From Brevibacterium luteolum (GTDB taxonomy: Bacteria > Actinomycetota > Actinomycetes > Actinomycetales > Brevibacteriaceae), in assembly GCF_013004595.1 (NCBI RefSeq), contig NZ_JABEMC010000004.1, positions 124,001 through 188,000 on the forward strand: a DNA stretch of 64,000 nt, given 5' to 3'. This document shows positions 1-9,616 of this stretch, one piece after another. The translations under genes were made by a program, and so were the position numbers. Under the pieces are notes generated by a model, which was not told where the DNA came from, ran no database searches, and saw only the letters and a program-made list of their open reading frames with translations. Numbering within the stretch: position 1 is the stretch's first letter; the number at the start of each line of letters is the position of its first letter.

Positions 1-159
1 TCATCATGTGCGATGCGGGAGTCATCAGTGCTCACTTCCGTCTCGGGGTCCGGTGCGGCGCCGACAACGCTGTCTGGCGCGGGGTTCGAGCAGTGCATCC
101 GGGCCGAAGCCGGGGATACGTCTCAGCAGGGGGATGCGTCTGTCGGATGACAGCCTATC

Positions 160-1413
160 TCAGATTTCGGCCTCTGCAGCGGAGTACGCGCGTGTGCCGG
201 AGCGCACCACCAGCACGGCGATGAGGGTGGTGGCCGGGATCGCGATGACCAGGCCGATCGAGGTCACCAGGGTGGAGACGACGGAGATCGCCTGTTCGCC
301 AAGCGTGAGTGATTCGAGGAACGGCCGGGAGGAGGCGGCGACGAGCAGCAGCACGGTCAGCGCACCTCCGGCGTAGGCGAAGGCGATGGTGTACACGGTG
401 GAGGCGATGTGGTCGCGGCCGATGCGCATCGCCGAGGTGAAGATTTCCCGTTTGGACGCCTCGGGACGGGAGGCGGCCAGCTCCCACACGGCGGCCGCCT
501 GGGTGATGGTGACATCGTTGAGCACGCCGAGGCCGGCGATGAGGATCGCACAGACGACGAGGTCGGCCATCGACAGCCCGTCGGTCCAGGCGAGAATGTA
601 GGTCTCTTCGGTGTAGATGCCGGCCAACTTCGACCAGGTCGTCCACAGCGCGCCGAGCACACCGGTGATGAGGATGCCGAACAGGGTCCCGAGCAGCGCA
701 GTCGTGGTGCGGGCTGAGAACCCGTGAGCCAGGTACAGGACGATGAACATGATGACCGCAGCGGCGGTGATGCCGACGAGCACGGCCGGTTTGCCGTCCA
801 TCACTGCCGGGAGCATGAACCACACCATGACGGCGTAGGCCAATGCCAGGCCGATGAGCGCGCGCAGCCCTTTGAGTCCGGCGACGAGCATGACGAGGGC
901 GGCGTAGACAAAGGCGAGGACGCCGAGGGAGATGTTGCGGTCGAAGTCGACGAAGACGAAGTCGGCGGAGGTCGGCTCGTTGGTCGGGTCGCTGCCGGGT
1001 GCCTGCTCACCGGATGGCTGCCCGCCGCCGGTGATCGCATCGGCGACCGAGTCGGTCTGCGCATCGTCCATGACGATGACTTTGATCCGGTCGCCTGCTG
1101 CGATGCCGGTCTTGATCGCCTCGGGCGGGGCGTACATCGTGCCGGTGCGCTCCCCCGTATTGAGCGTGATCGCCCCGCAGCCGGTGGATTCGTAGTCCGG
1201 GCAGGCGCGCAGGTCGATCGATTCGACCGTGCCCGAGGTGAATTCGGCACCGTCGGCCAGGGCCGCCGGATCCCACCGGTCGGTGGCCTCAGACGAGGGC
1301 CAAAGCCACACGAGCCCCACGACAGACAGGACGGCCAGCGGGATGAGCATCCCGAGCATGACCGACCAGGCCTGTCGTGAGGCGCGCGGCAGTGTTTCTG
1401 CGATGTAGTGCAT
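160..1413 (-). CDS. YibE/F family multi-pass membrane protein
   Basis: 417 aa ORF; N-terminal TM, soluble loop, then many TM segments with GLGVLNDVTITQ and GRDHIASTVYT motifs typical of YibE/F. Confidence 0.85.
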   Translation of the reverse strand: MHYIAETLPRASRQAWSVMLGMLIPLAVLSVVGLVWLWPSSEATDRWDPAALADGAEFTSGTVESIDLRACPDYESTGCGAITLNTGERTGTMYAPPEAIKTGIAAGDRIKVIVMDDAQTDSVADAITGGGQPSGEQAPGSDPTNEPTSADFVFVDFDRNISLGVLAFVYAALVMLVAGLKGLRALIGLALAYAVMVWFMLPAVMDGKPAVLVGITAAAVIMFIVLYLAHGFSARTTTALLGTLFGILITGVLGALWTTWSKLAGIYTEETYILAWTDGLSMADLVVCAILIAGLGVLNDVTITQAAAVWELAASRPEASKREIFTSAMRIGRDHIASTVYTIAFAYAGGALTVLLLVAASSRPFLESLTLGEQAISVVSTLVTSIGLVIAIPATTLIAVLVVRSGTRAYSAAEAEI

Positions 1414-1460
1414 AGCGGTGCGGTGTCAGTGTCCTGACCCCGCGGATCTGAGGCCGGGCC

Positions 1461-2837
1461 TCAGATGCCCAGTTCGTCAGCGACGTAGGAGACGACCTCG
1501 TCGATGGCGATGCGATCCTGGCTCATGTCGTCGCGGCGGCGGACGGTCACCGCGTTGTCATCGAGGGTGTCGAAGTCGACGGTGATGCAGAGCGGGGTGC
1601 CGATCTCGTCCTGACGGCGGTAGCGGCGGCCGATCGCACCGGCATCATCGAAGTCGACGTTCCAGCGCTTGCGCAGGTTCGCTGCCAGCTCGCGGGCCTT
1701 CGGCGAGAGCTTCTCATTGCGGCTCAGCGGCAGCACGGCGACCTTGACCGGGGCCAGGCGCGGGTCGAGCTTGAGCACGATGCGCTTGTCGACTCCGCCC
1801 TTGGTGTTCGGTGCCTCGTCTTCGGTGTAGGCGTCGACGAGGAAGGCCATCATCGACCGGGTCAGGCCGAAGGACGGCTCGATGACATACGGGGTGTAGC
1901 GGGTGCCGGCAGCCTGGTCGAAGTACTGCATCTTGTGACCGGAGTGCTCGGTGTGGTTCGACAGGTCGAAGTCGGTGCGGTTGGCGATGCCCATGAGCTC
2001 GCCCCAGGCTCCACCCTGGAAGCCGAACTTGTATTCGATGTCGATGGTGGCAGCCGAGTAGTGGGCGCGTTCGCCGTCAGGGACGTCGAAGCGGCGCATG
2101 TTCTCTGCCTTGACACCGAGGTCGACGAACCAGTTCCAGCAGGCCTCGACCCATTCGTCGAAGAACTTGGGGGCGTCGTCGGGGTGGACGAAGTACTCGA
2201 TCTCCATCTGCTCGAACTCACGCGTGCGAAAGATGAAGTTGCCCGGGGTGATCTCATTGCGGAAGGCCTTGCCGATCTGGCCGATGCCGAACGGCGGCTT
2301 CTTGCGGTTGGCGGTGACGACGTTGTTGAAATTCACGAAGATGCCCTGCGCGGTCTCCGGGCGCAGGTAGTGCAGCCCCTCTTCGTCGTCGACGGCACCG
2401 AGATAGGTCTTCATGAGCCCGGAGAACTGCTTGGGCTCAGTCCAGTTGCCCTCCTGGCCGGTCTCCGGGTCGCGGATGTCGGCCAGGCCGTTCTCCGGTT
2501 CGCGGCCGTGCTTGGCGATGTAGGCCTCGATGAGGTGGTCGGCGCGGTAGCGCTTGTGGGTGTGCAGCGATTCGACGAGCGGGTCGACGAAGGTCTCGAC
2601 GTGGCCGGAAGCCTCCCAGACGCGCTTGGGCAGGATGATCGAGGAGTCGAGGCCGACCATGTCCTCACGCCCGCGGACGAACTCCTGCCACCACAGGGCC
2701 TTGATGTTCTCCTTGAGCTCAACGCCGAGCGGACCGTAGTCCCAGGCGGAACGGGATCCGCCGTAGATGTCTCCTGCCTGGAAGACGAACCCGCGCCGCT
2801 TGGCCAGGGTGATGACGGAATCCAATGTCGAAGCCAC
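1461..2837 (-). CDS. glyQS: Glycine--tRNA ligase (alpha2 dimeric type)
   Basis: [55 protein letters not shown] motifs; start moved to GTG at 2837 behind an AAGGAG RBS. Confidence 0.97.
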   Translation of the reverse strand: MASTLDSVITLAKRRGFVFQAGDIYGGSRSAWDYGPLGVELKENIKALWWQEFVRGREDMVGLDSSIILPKRVWEASGHVETFVDPLVESLHTHKRYRADHLIEAYIAKHGREPENGLADIRDPETGQEGNWTEPKQFSGLMKTYLGAVDDEEGLHYLRPETAQGIFVNFNNVVTANRKKPPFGIGQIGKAFRNEITPGNFIFRTREFEQMEIEYFVHPDDAPKFFDEWVEACWNWFVDLGVKAENMRRFDVPDGERAHYSAATIDIEYKFGFQGGAWGELMGIANRTDFDLSNHTEHSGHKMQYFDQAAGTRYTPYVIEPSFGLTRSMMAFLVDAYTEDEAPNTKGGVDKRIVLKLDPRLAPVKVAVLPLSRNEKLSPKARELAANLRKRWNVDFDDAGAIGRRYRRQDEIGTPLCITVDFDTLDDNAVTVRRRDDMSQDRIAIDEVVSYVADELGI

Positions 2838-2953
2838 GTGAAATATCTCCTTGAGTCGACTGCGAACGGCTGGCTGCTGTTCGTACCGCTCCCAGGGTAG
2901 CGAATCCGCCGACGTGCCGCGTCTGCGGATCACACCGGCGACTGGAGAGTGAT

Positions 2954-3691
2954 ATGACTAACACCATGACCTCCTCGCCTGCCCATATGCGCATCGCCGA
3001 GCAGCTGCGTGAACGCATCGCCTCCGGTGCGTGGGCACCGGGTGCCCGGCTGCCGGCGGAGCGGATGCTCGCGACGCAGCTCGGTGTTTCGCGGATGACC
3101 GTCCGGCAGGCGCTGGCGGCCCTGCAGCTGGAGGGCCGCATCTCGCGGCGCACCGGGCGCAGCGGCGGCACCTTCGTGGCTGAGGAGCTGCCGGAGGTGG
3201 AGCTGTCGTCGATGCGCGGGTTCATGGGCCAGCTGAGCGAGACCGGCCACGATGTCACCTCCGAGGTGGTCACCGCCTGCCTGCAGCCGGCCTCGGCTGA
3301 GGCGGCGACCGCCCTGGGCTTGGACACCGGCGCCGAGGTGGTGCGCGTCCACCGGCTGCGATTGGTCGATGGCACCCCGGTCCTGGTGGAGGACTCCTGC
3401 TTCCCGGCAGCGCTCGTGCCCGGGATGCTCGAACGGGACCTGACCGGTTCGCTCTATGCGATCCTCGCAGACGCGTTCGGCCAGGCTGCGGTGTCGAAGA
3501 CCGAGGCGCTGACGACCGAGGTGGTCGGCTCAGCCGATGGGAAGCTACTGCAGATCGGTGCCGCGCAGACGGTGCTGCGTCTGACGCGCACCTCGTTCAC
3601 AGATTCCGGCATCCCGATCGAGTACTCGGCTGACACGCTGCGCACCGACCGGCTGCGCATCACCGTTAGCACACCCTCCCACGGCAGGTGA
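2954..3691 (+). CDS. GntR-family regulator, HutC/UTRA subfamily (PhnF/DasR-like)
   Basis: N-terminal wHTH ([23 protein letters not shown]) plus UTRA domain (RLRLVDGTP...SLY...IEYS). Confidence 0.92.
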   Translation: MTNTMTSSPAHMRIAEQLRERIASGAWAPGARLPAERMLATQLGVSRMTVRQALAALQLEGRISRRTGRSGGTFVAEELPEVELSSMRGFMGQLSETGHDVTSEVVTACLQPASAEAATALGLDTGAEVVRVHRLRLVDGTPVLVEDSCFPAALVPGMLERDLTGSLYAILADAFGQAAVSKTEALTTEVVGSADGKLLQIGAAQTVLRLTRTSFTDSGIPIEYSADTLRTDRLRITVSTPSHGR

Positions 3692-3717
3692 ATCGGCAGC
3701 GCTCGCGCAGGCGAGGC

Positions 3718-4386
3718 TCACTCTGGCAGTGCTGCACCGATGTCGGCGACGGCGAGCCCACCGGCCCCGACCATGAGCACGGACATGCCCGCGCCCTCGG
3801 CGGCCTGCCGGCCGGGTGTTGAGTCCTCGACGACGATCACGCGCTCATCTGCGGTGACGCCGAGCTGCCGGGCGGCGGTGAGGAACCCCTCGGGGGCGGG
3901 CTTGCCGGCAGTGACGTCCTCGCACGCGACGACAGCGGTGAAGCACGCCTCGAACCCGGCTGCCTGCAAAGCACCAGTGACAAGCCGCCGGTAGGTTCCG
4001 GTCACCACTGCCAGCGGCACTCCTGATCCGGCGAGCGCTCGCACGAGGCGGCAGGTCTCGGCAGCGATCCGCGGGGTGTGCGCGACGGCTGCGAGGTATG
4101 CCTCAGCCATCCGGTCGGCGATCTGCTCCGGTGTCACCGTGCGTTCACCTGCGGCGGCGCGGGCGGCGAGCGCGGTGGCGATCTGCGGATCGGACAGGCC
4201 GAGGAACTCGGTGTCGTAGGCCGCAGGGGTGAGCTCGATGCCGAGCTCAGCTGCGATATCGCAGTAGATCGCAGCGAGCAGATCCTCGTCGGCTGAGAGT
4301 GTGCCGTTGAAGTCGAAGAGGACCGCTGCAGCGCTTTCGAGTTGCTGCAAGGCGGTGCTCGCCGGGGCCGGTGGCGTGGTGGTCAT
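3718..4386 (-). CDS. HAD-superfamily (subfamily IA-like) phosphatase
   Basis: C-terminal part of track ORF 3718..5637; motif I FDFNGT, motif II VVTG, KP motif GKPAPEGF, motif IV VEDS; ATG at 4386. Confidence 0.88.
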   Translation of the reverse strand: MTTTPPAPASTALQQLESAAAVLFDFNGTLSADEDLLAAIYCDIAAELGIELTPAAYDTEFLGLSDPQIATALAARAAAGERTVTPEQIADRMAEAYLAAVAHTPRIAAETCRLVRALAGSGVPLAVVTGTYRRLVTGALQAAGFEACFTAVVACEDVTAGKPAPEGFLTAARQLGVTADERVIVVEDSTPGRQAAEGAGMSVLMVGAGGLAVADIGAALPE

Positions 4387-4454
4387 CGGGGCTTTTCTCC
4401 TGGTTGCGAGGCGGGTGGTCTGCTCATCGTGCCCCGGTCCAGCCCAGCCGCGCA

Positions 4455-4470
4455 AATGGTCTATACCATT
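4455..4470. promoter_or_regulatory. Palindromic operator of HutC-type GntR (PhnF/DasR-like)
   Basis: AATGGTCTATACCATT between the divergent HAD and SBP genes; reverse complement contains TGGTATAGACCA. Confidence 0.75.
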
Positions 4471-4572
4471 ATTTACCGGTTGATCACCTGACGTTCTCTC
4501 CACTGTCACCGGCGCTTGCGAGAGTGGCCGCGGCCGCTGGTCACCAGCACCGGACCTCGCCAAAGGAGAATC

Positions 4573-5694
4573 ATGACCACCACCCGCCGTTCCTTTCTCG
4601 GCCTCAGCGCCCTGACCCTCACCACCGCGGGCCTCGGCCTCGCCGGCTGCTCCGACAACACCGCCAGCGCGTCGACGGAGATCGGCACCACGCTGGAGGA
4701 GATCATCGAACTCGCCCAGAAGGAGGGCAAAGTCCAGCTCATCGCGTATCCGGAGACGTGGGCGAACTACAAGGGCCACTTCGAGAAGTTCAAGGCCAAG
4801 TACGGCGTCGACACCCCGGTCGCCAGCCCGGAGGCCTCCTCGGCTGAGGAACTGCAGTCGGTCAAGCAGCTCAAGGGCCAGAAGACCCAGCCCGATGTCC
4901 TCGACATCGGCTACACCTTCACCGAGACCGCGATCTCCGAGGACCTCATCTCCCCGTACAAGCCCTCGAACTTCGATGCCATCCCCGAAGACCTCAAGGA
5001 CCCCGAGGGCCGTTGGGTCGGCGCCTACTACGGCGTGCTGTCCCTGGGCGTGAACACGAAGCTCGCCGATAAGCCCGAGAAGCTCTCCGACCTCCTCGAT
5101 CCCGCCTACAAGGGCAAGGTCGCACTCCCCGGCGACCCGCGCGAAGGCGCCTCGTCGATCGCGACCGTCTTCACCGCTGCCCTGGCCAACGGCGGCAGCC
5201 TCGACGATGTCGGACCGGGCATCGAGTTCTTCGCCGAGCTCGCCGCCTCCGGCAACCTTGTCAACATCTCCTCGGTGCCCAATGCGCTCTCGACCGGGCA
5301 GGCCGCGGTCGTCTTCGACTGGAACTACAACTTCCTCGGCATCGAAGAGGAGATGAAGACCTCCGGTGTGGACCTTGAGCACTTCGTGCCGGAGGAGGCG
5401 GTGTTCGGCAACTTCTACGCCCAGCCGTGCACCATCGACTCCCCGCAGCCCAATGCCGCCCGCCTGTGGGTCGACTGGCTCACCAGCGACGAGGGCAGCG
5501 AGCAGTACGCCCTCGGCGGGGCGATCCCGGCCCGCTTCACCGAGCTGTCCGAAGCCGGCAAGCTCTCCGAGGAGGCCCTGGCCAAGCTGCCGGAGCCGAA
5601 GATCCTCGAAGCAGTGAACTTCCCGACCGTCGCCCAAGGCGAGAGGGGCGCCGAGCTCATCACCCGCGAGTGGGCCGGCAAGGTCCGCCCATGA
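4573..5694 (+). CDS. ABC transporter substrate-binding lipoprotein (AfuA/PotD/PhnS class), Tat-like signal
   Basis: AAGGAG RBS, MTTTRRSFLG twin-arginine signal, lipobox LAGC, YPETWANY and FDWNYN segments. Confidence 0.9.
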   Translation: MTTTRRSFLGLSALTLTTAGLGLAGCSDNTASASTEIGTTLEEIIELAQKEGKVQLIAYPETWANYKGHFEKFKAKYGVDTPVASPEASSAEELQSVKQLKGQKTQPDVLDIGYTFTETAISEDLISPYKPSNFDAIPEDLKDPEGRWVGAYYGVLSLGVNTKLADKPEKLSDLLDPAYKGKVALPGDPREGASSIATVFTAALANGGSLDDVGPGIEFFAELAASGNLVNISSVPNALSTGQAAVVFDWNYNFLGIEEEMKTSGVDLEHFVPEEAVFGNFYAQPCTIDSPQPNAARLWVDWLTSDEGSEQYALGGAIPARFTELSEAGKLSEEALAKLPEPKILEAVNFPTVAQGERGAELITREWAGKVRP

Positions 5695-6542
5695 AGCCCA
5701 CCCGGACCATCCCCTGGGGAGCGGTGCCGTTCTTCGCGTTCGTCACCGTCTTCCTCATCATCCCGGTCATCGCCAACGTCTGGGCTGCCCTCACCCCTGG
5801 AGGGCAGCTCTCGACCGCCAGCCTCACCCAGCTGGCCGAGCCGCAGTACGCCGATGCCTTCCTCATGACGACGAACCTCTCGCTCGTCACCGCACTGCTG
5901 GGAGGCATCCTCGGGCTCATCCTCGCGTGGGCGCTGACCGTGGTGACCCGCCCGGCCTGGCTGGCCCGGCTCGTCATGAGCTATTCGGCCCTGGCCAGCC
6001 AGTCCGGCGGGGTGCCGCTGGCGTTCGCGTTCATCGCAGCCCTCGGCTCCCAGGGGCTGGTCACCCTGCTCGTCACCGACGTCTTCCCCGGCAGCCTCGA
6101 CGGGTTCCGCCTCGACTCCTTCTGGGGCGTGGCACTGGTCTACCTGTACTTCCAGGCACCGCTCATGACCGTGCTCATCCTGCCGGCCCTCGGCGCCCTG
6201 ACCCAGCAGATGTCCGAGGCCGCCCAGACGATGGGCGCCTCCTGGTTGCGGTATCTCACCGACATCGCCCTGCCGATCCTGACCCCCTCGATCGTCGGGG
6301 CGCTCCTGCTGCTGTTCGCCAACTCGTTCTCCGCCTACGCCACCGCCTATGCACTGGCCGGCGGCGGACTCAACCTCGTGCCGATCGTCATCGGCTTCTT
6401 CCTGCGCGGCAACGTCATGCTCGACGAATCGATGGCCGCCGCCCTGGCCACCGGCATGATGCTCGTCATCATCGTCGCCATGGGCATCCGCCTGCTCATC
6501 GAAAGGAGGTCACGGCGTTGGCAGCTTCCGTCGAACTCCTGA
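5691..6542 (+). CDS. ABC transporter permease 1
   Basis: ATGA overlap with SBP stop; hydrophobic; EAA loop EAAQTMGAS. Confidence 0.9.
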   Translation: MKPTRTIPWGAVPFFAFVTVFLIIPVIANVWAALTPGGQLSTASLTQLAEPQYADAFLMTTNLSLVTALLGGILGLILAWALTVVTRPAWLARLVMSYSALASQSGGVPLAFAFIAALGSQGLVTLLVTDVFPGSLDGFRLDSFWGVALVYLYFQAPLMTVLILPALGALTQQMSEAAQTMGASWLRYLTDIALPILTPSIVGALLLLFANSFSAYATAYALAGGGLNLVPIVIGFFLRGNVMLDESMAAALATGMMLVIIVAMGIRLLIERRSRRWQLPSNS

Positions 6543-7444
6543 CCACCCCCTCCGGCACCCCGGCAGGAACCGGTGACGCCCGTGCCCGAGGCGCCGGCCG
6601 CCTCGGGCACGGGAAGCGCACCCGGCCTGCCGGCCGGGTCCATGTGCCCGGCATCGTCGTTCTCGTGCTGGCGATGGTGCTGTTCTTCACCCCGCTCATC
6701 GCCTCGGCGATCTTCGGATTCACCCTGCCCGGCATCGGGCTGACGTTTGAGAGCCTCAGCCAGGCGTTCGCCAACCCGATGGCCGTGCAGGCGGTCACCA
6801 TGACCGTGGTGCTCGGGCTGCTGACGACTGCGGCGTCGCTGGCGCTGCTGGTGCCCACGATCGTCTACCTGCACCTCAAGGCCCCACGGGCAGCGAAGCT
6901 GGCGGAGGCGCTGTCAGTCATCCCGATCGTCGTCCCGGCTGTCGCGCTCGTCGCCGGTGCCGGGGTGTTCTTCCGCGCTGTCGCCCCTGGGTTCCTCGTC
7001 AGCCCGTATGCGCTCGTGCCCTTCTACGTCATCATCACGATGCCGCTGGTCTACCGCGCCCTCGATGCCGGGCTGACGGCCCTTCACCTGCGGACCCTCT
7101 TCGCGGCAGCCGCGAGCCTCGGAGCCTCCCCGTGGCGCACGCTCATCGGCATCGTGCTGCCGAATATGCGCGCAGCTCTGCTGTCGGCCGGGCTGCTGTG
7201 CATGGCGATGGTGCTCGGCGAGTTCGCCCTGGCCAGCCTACTGCTGCAGTACACCTTCCCGGTTTTCCTCGTCGAGACCGGGGCCGCGGCACCGCGCGGA
7301 GCGGCAGCCCTGTCGTTCGTCACGATGCTCGCCACCTGGGGCCTGCTGGCCCTCATCTCGCTCATCTCGGCTGCCGGCAACCGCCGCAGGCGCACACCGG
7401 CAGCCGCACCCTCTGTCACCTCCACCGCCAAGGAACAGCCATGA
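6518..7444 (+). CDS. ABC transporter permease 2
   Basis: AGGAGG RBS then TTG at 6518 (start approximate); TM segments; AAASLGASPWRT EAA-like loop. Confidence 0.85.
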   Translation: MAASVELLTTPSGTPAGTGDARARGAGRLGHGKRTRPAGRVHVPGIVVLVLAMVLFFTPLIASAIFGFTLPGIGLTFESLSQAFANPMAVQAVTMTVVLGLLTTAASLALLVPTIVYLHLKAPRAAKLAEALSVIPIVVPAVALVAGAGVFFRAVAPGFLVSPYALVPFYVIITMPLVYRALDAGLTALHLRTLFAAAASLGASPWRTLIGIVLPNMRAALLSAGLLCMAMVLGEFALASLLLQYTFPVFLVETGAAAPRGAAALSFVTMLATWGLLALISLISAAGNRRRRTPAAAPSVTSTAKEQP

Positions 7445-8601
7445 CCACCATCACCACGCCCCTGCGCGAGGAGTTCGTGTCCCTGTCCGGAGTCACGAAG
7501 ACCTACGGATCCAAGACCGTCCTGTCCGACCTCAGCCTCGACCTGCACCGCGGAGAGCTGCTGGCCCTGCTCGGCCCGTCGGGCTGCGGGAAGACGACGA
7601 CGCTTCGGATTCTTGCTGGTCTGGAGACCCCGGATGCCGGCACCGTGCACATCGGCGAGCGCGACGTCACCCGCGTCGATGTGCGTCGCCGCGGCATCGG
7701 CATCGTCTTCCAGTCATACAGCCTCTTCCCGCACATGACCGCTGCCGAGAACGTCGGTTACGGGCTGCGCATCCGCCGGCAGGCCGGCCGTGCTGCGACA
7801 GCAGCCGAGCTGCTGGAGACCGTCGGGCTGGCCGAGCACGCGGGGAAGTATCCTGCCCAGCTCTCCGGCGGCCAGCAGCAGCGCGTCGCATTGGCCCGGG
7901 CGTTGGCACTGGAGCCGAATGTGCTGCTGCTCGATGAACCGCTCTCAGCTCTCGATGCCGCGGTGCGTGTGCAGCTGCGCGAGCACATCCGCCGCATCCA
8001 GATGGAGAAGAACATCACCACCCTTATGGTCACCCACGACCAGGAGGAGGCCCTGACGATGGCAGACCGGGTCGGTGTCATGAATGCCGGGCGCATCGAA
8101 CAGCTCGACACACCTGCCGAGCTCTACCGCCGGCCGGTCAGCCCGTTCGTGGCGACCTTCGTCGGCAACGTCAACCGGATGCCGGCGAAGAAGGCTGCTG
8201 ATGGCACCTTCGCTGTCGCCGGCCGGCCTGTCACCCCGATTGGTGAGCTGCCGGACGGCACCACAGCTGCCATCGCGCTCATCCGGCCTGAGGACATCGC
8301 CATCAGCCCCACAGATGCCGTCGACACCCGCCCGGGTCTGGCCGGTGTCGTGCACTCGAGTGTGCTGCGCGGTTCGCTCAGCAGTGTCTACGTCGATGTC
8401 GCCGAGCTCCCCCACCCGGTGCGTGTCGACCTCTCGACCGCGCAGGCGAGCGCGTTCGCCCTCGGCGCTGATGTCAGCCTGCAGCTGCTGCGCAGCGAAG
8501 CCGTCCTCGAACCTGCCGGCCCAGCCGCCTCCTCGGGCACCGGCGATGCTCAGGCGGCCGCCGCCTCGGACAGGGATGCGCACACGGGAGTCCGCGCATG
8601 A
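7441..8601 (+). CDS. ABC transporter ATP-binding protein (PotA/AfuC type, C-terminal TOBE)
   Basis: GPSGCGKTT, LSGGQQQRVALARAL, LLLDEP, VTHDQEEA. Confidence 0.95.
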   Translation: MTTITTPLREEFVSLSGVTKTYGSKTVLSDLSLDLHRGELLALLGPSGCGKTTTLRILAGLETPDAGTVHIGERDVTRVDVRRRGIGIVFQSYSLFPHMTAAENVGYGLRIRRQAGRAATAAELLETVGLAEHAGKYPAQLSGGQQQRVALARALALEPNVLLLDEPLSALDAAVRVQLREHIRRIQMEKNITTLMVTHDQEEALTMADRVGVMNAGRIEQLDTPAELYRRPVSPFVATFVGNVNRMPAKKAADGTFAVAGRPVTPIGELPDGTTAAIALIRPEDIAISPTDAVDTRPGLAGVVHSSVLRGSLSSVYVDVAELPHPVRVDLSTAQASAFALGADVSLQLLRSEAVLEPAGPAASSGTGDAQAAAASDRDAHTGVRA

Positions 8602-9416
8602 GCGGGCGGAAGGTCCTGCTGCTCGGCATCGACGGCTGCCGCCTGTCGATCACCGGCGAAGAAGGCATCGCCCCGCACCTGAGCCGGATGCGGGCGGCCG
8701 GGCGACTGCATGGGATGACGATGGTGCCGCCGACGCTGTCCGGGCCGGGCTGGGCGAGCATCCTGACCGGATCGACACACGTCCAGCACGGGGTCACCGG
8801 CAACGACTTCATCGGCCACCGGCTGTACTCGCGGCCGGACCTGCTCTCCCGGGCCTTCTATGCCGACCAGTCGACGACGACGTTCGCGGCTGCCGGGTGG
8901 CCGCCGCTCATCGACCCCAACGGGCTCGGCCCGGTCATCCACCAGCGCTTGGAGCAGCAGTGGGCCGGCCAGCACCGCGTCATCGCCCGCGATGGTGAGA
9001 CCCACGGCTATGTGCGCGTCGATGCTGAGATCGCCGACTATGCCACCGCGATGTTGGCAGGTTCTCAGGCTGCTGATGTGTCGTTCGTGTACTTCTGCGA
9101 TGTTGATGAGACCGGGCACCTCTACGGGCTCATGGGTGAGGAGTACCGGCAGGCGATCGGCCGGGTCGATGCGCACGCTGGCCGGATTGCCGCTGCGATC
9201 GAGCAGCAGGCTGCTGAGCACGGTGAGGACTGGCTGGTCGTCATCGTCACCGACCATGGGCATGTCGATGCCGGTGGGCATGGCGGGGACACTCCTGAGG
9301 AGTGCGCTTCCTTCGTCATCACCTGGTCACCGGCCGGGCAGGACAGGCTGCCGGACTGGCCGGATGAGATCGCCCCGCATGAGCTGTGTGAGCTCATCCT
9401 CGACGTCCGCAGCTGA
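8598..9416 (+). CDS. Alkaline-phosphatase superfamily hydrolase (type I phosphodiesterase / nucleotide pyrophosphatase family)
   Basis: LLGIDG, TLSGPGWASILTG, DVDETGH, VTDHGH...GGHGG metal/nucleophile motifs; no signal peptide; ATGA-coupled to the ATPase. Confidence 0.88.
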   Translation: MSGRKVLLLGIDGCRLSITGEEGIAPHLSRMRAAGRLHGMTMVPPTLSGPGWASILTGSTHVQHGVTGNDFIGHRLYSRPDLLSRAFYADQSTTTFAAAGWPPLIDPNGLGPVIHQRLEQQWAGQHRVIARDGETHGYVRVDAEIADYATAMLAGSQAADVSFVYFCDVDETGHLYGLMGEEYRQAIGRVDAHAGRIAAAIEQQAAEHGEDWLVVIVTDHGHVDAGGHGGDTPEECASFVITWSPAGQDRLPDWPDEIAPHELCELILDVRS

Positions 9417-9616
9417 GGTGACGTGTCCGGTCACACATGAGCCCGATGCAGGCAACGGCGGCTGCGGCAGGTAGGATTGACTGTGGTTCCGGCCGCTTCG
9501 TGTCTGACAGATGACGCTCCTTCGGCCGCAAGAGTTCGATCACACTCCCACTTCGAGGCATGTTCCGATGCCGAAGTCTGTCCATTCCGTGATCCGTGTG
9601 CCCCTTTTGGAGATTC

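Noticed and set aside
15..45. CTGATGACTCC on the minus strand resembling the 3' part of a fluoride riboswitch
   Set aside because: The 5' GGCGATGG...CGCC stem is missing and no crcB-type gene is visible
4387..5637. Apparent 639-aa HAD protein with a long N-terminal extension
   Set aside because: The extension is the antisense shadow of the SBP gene; the HAD domain starts at ATG 4386
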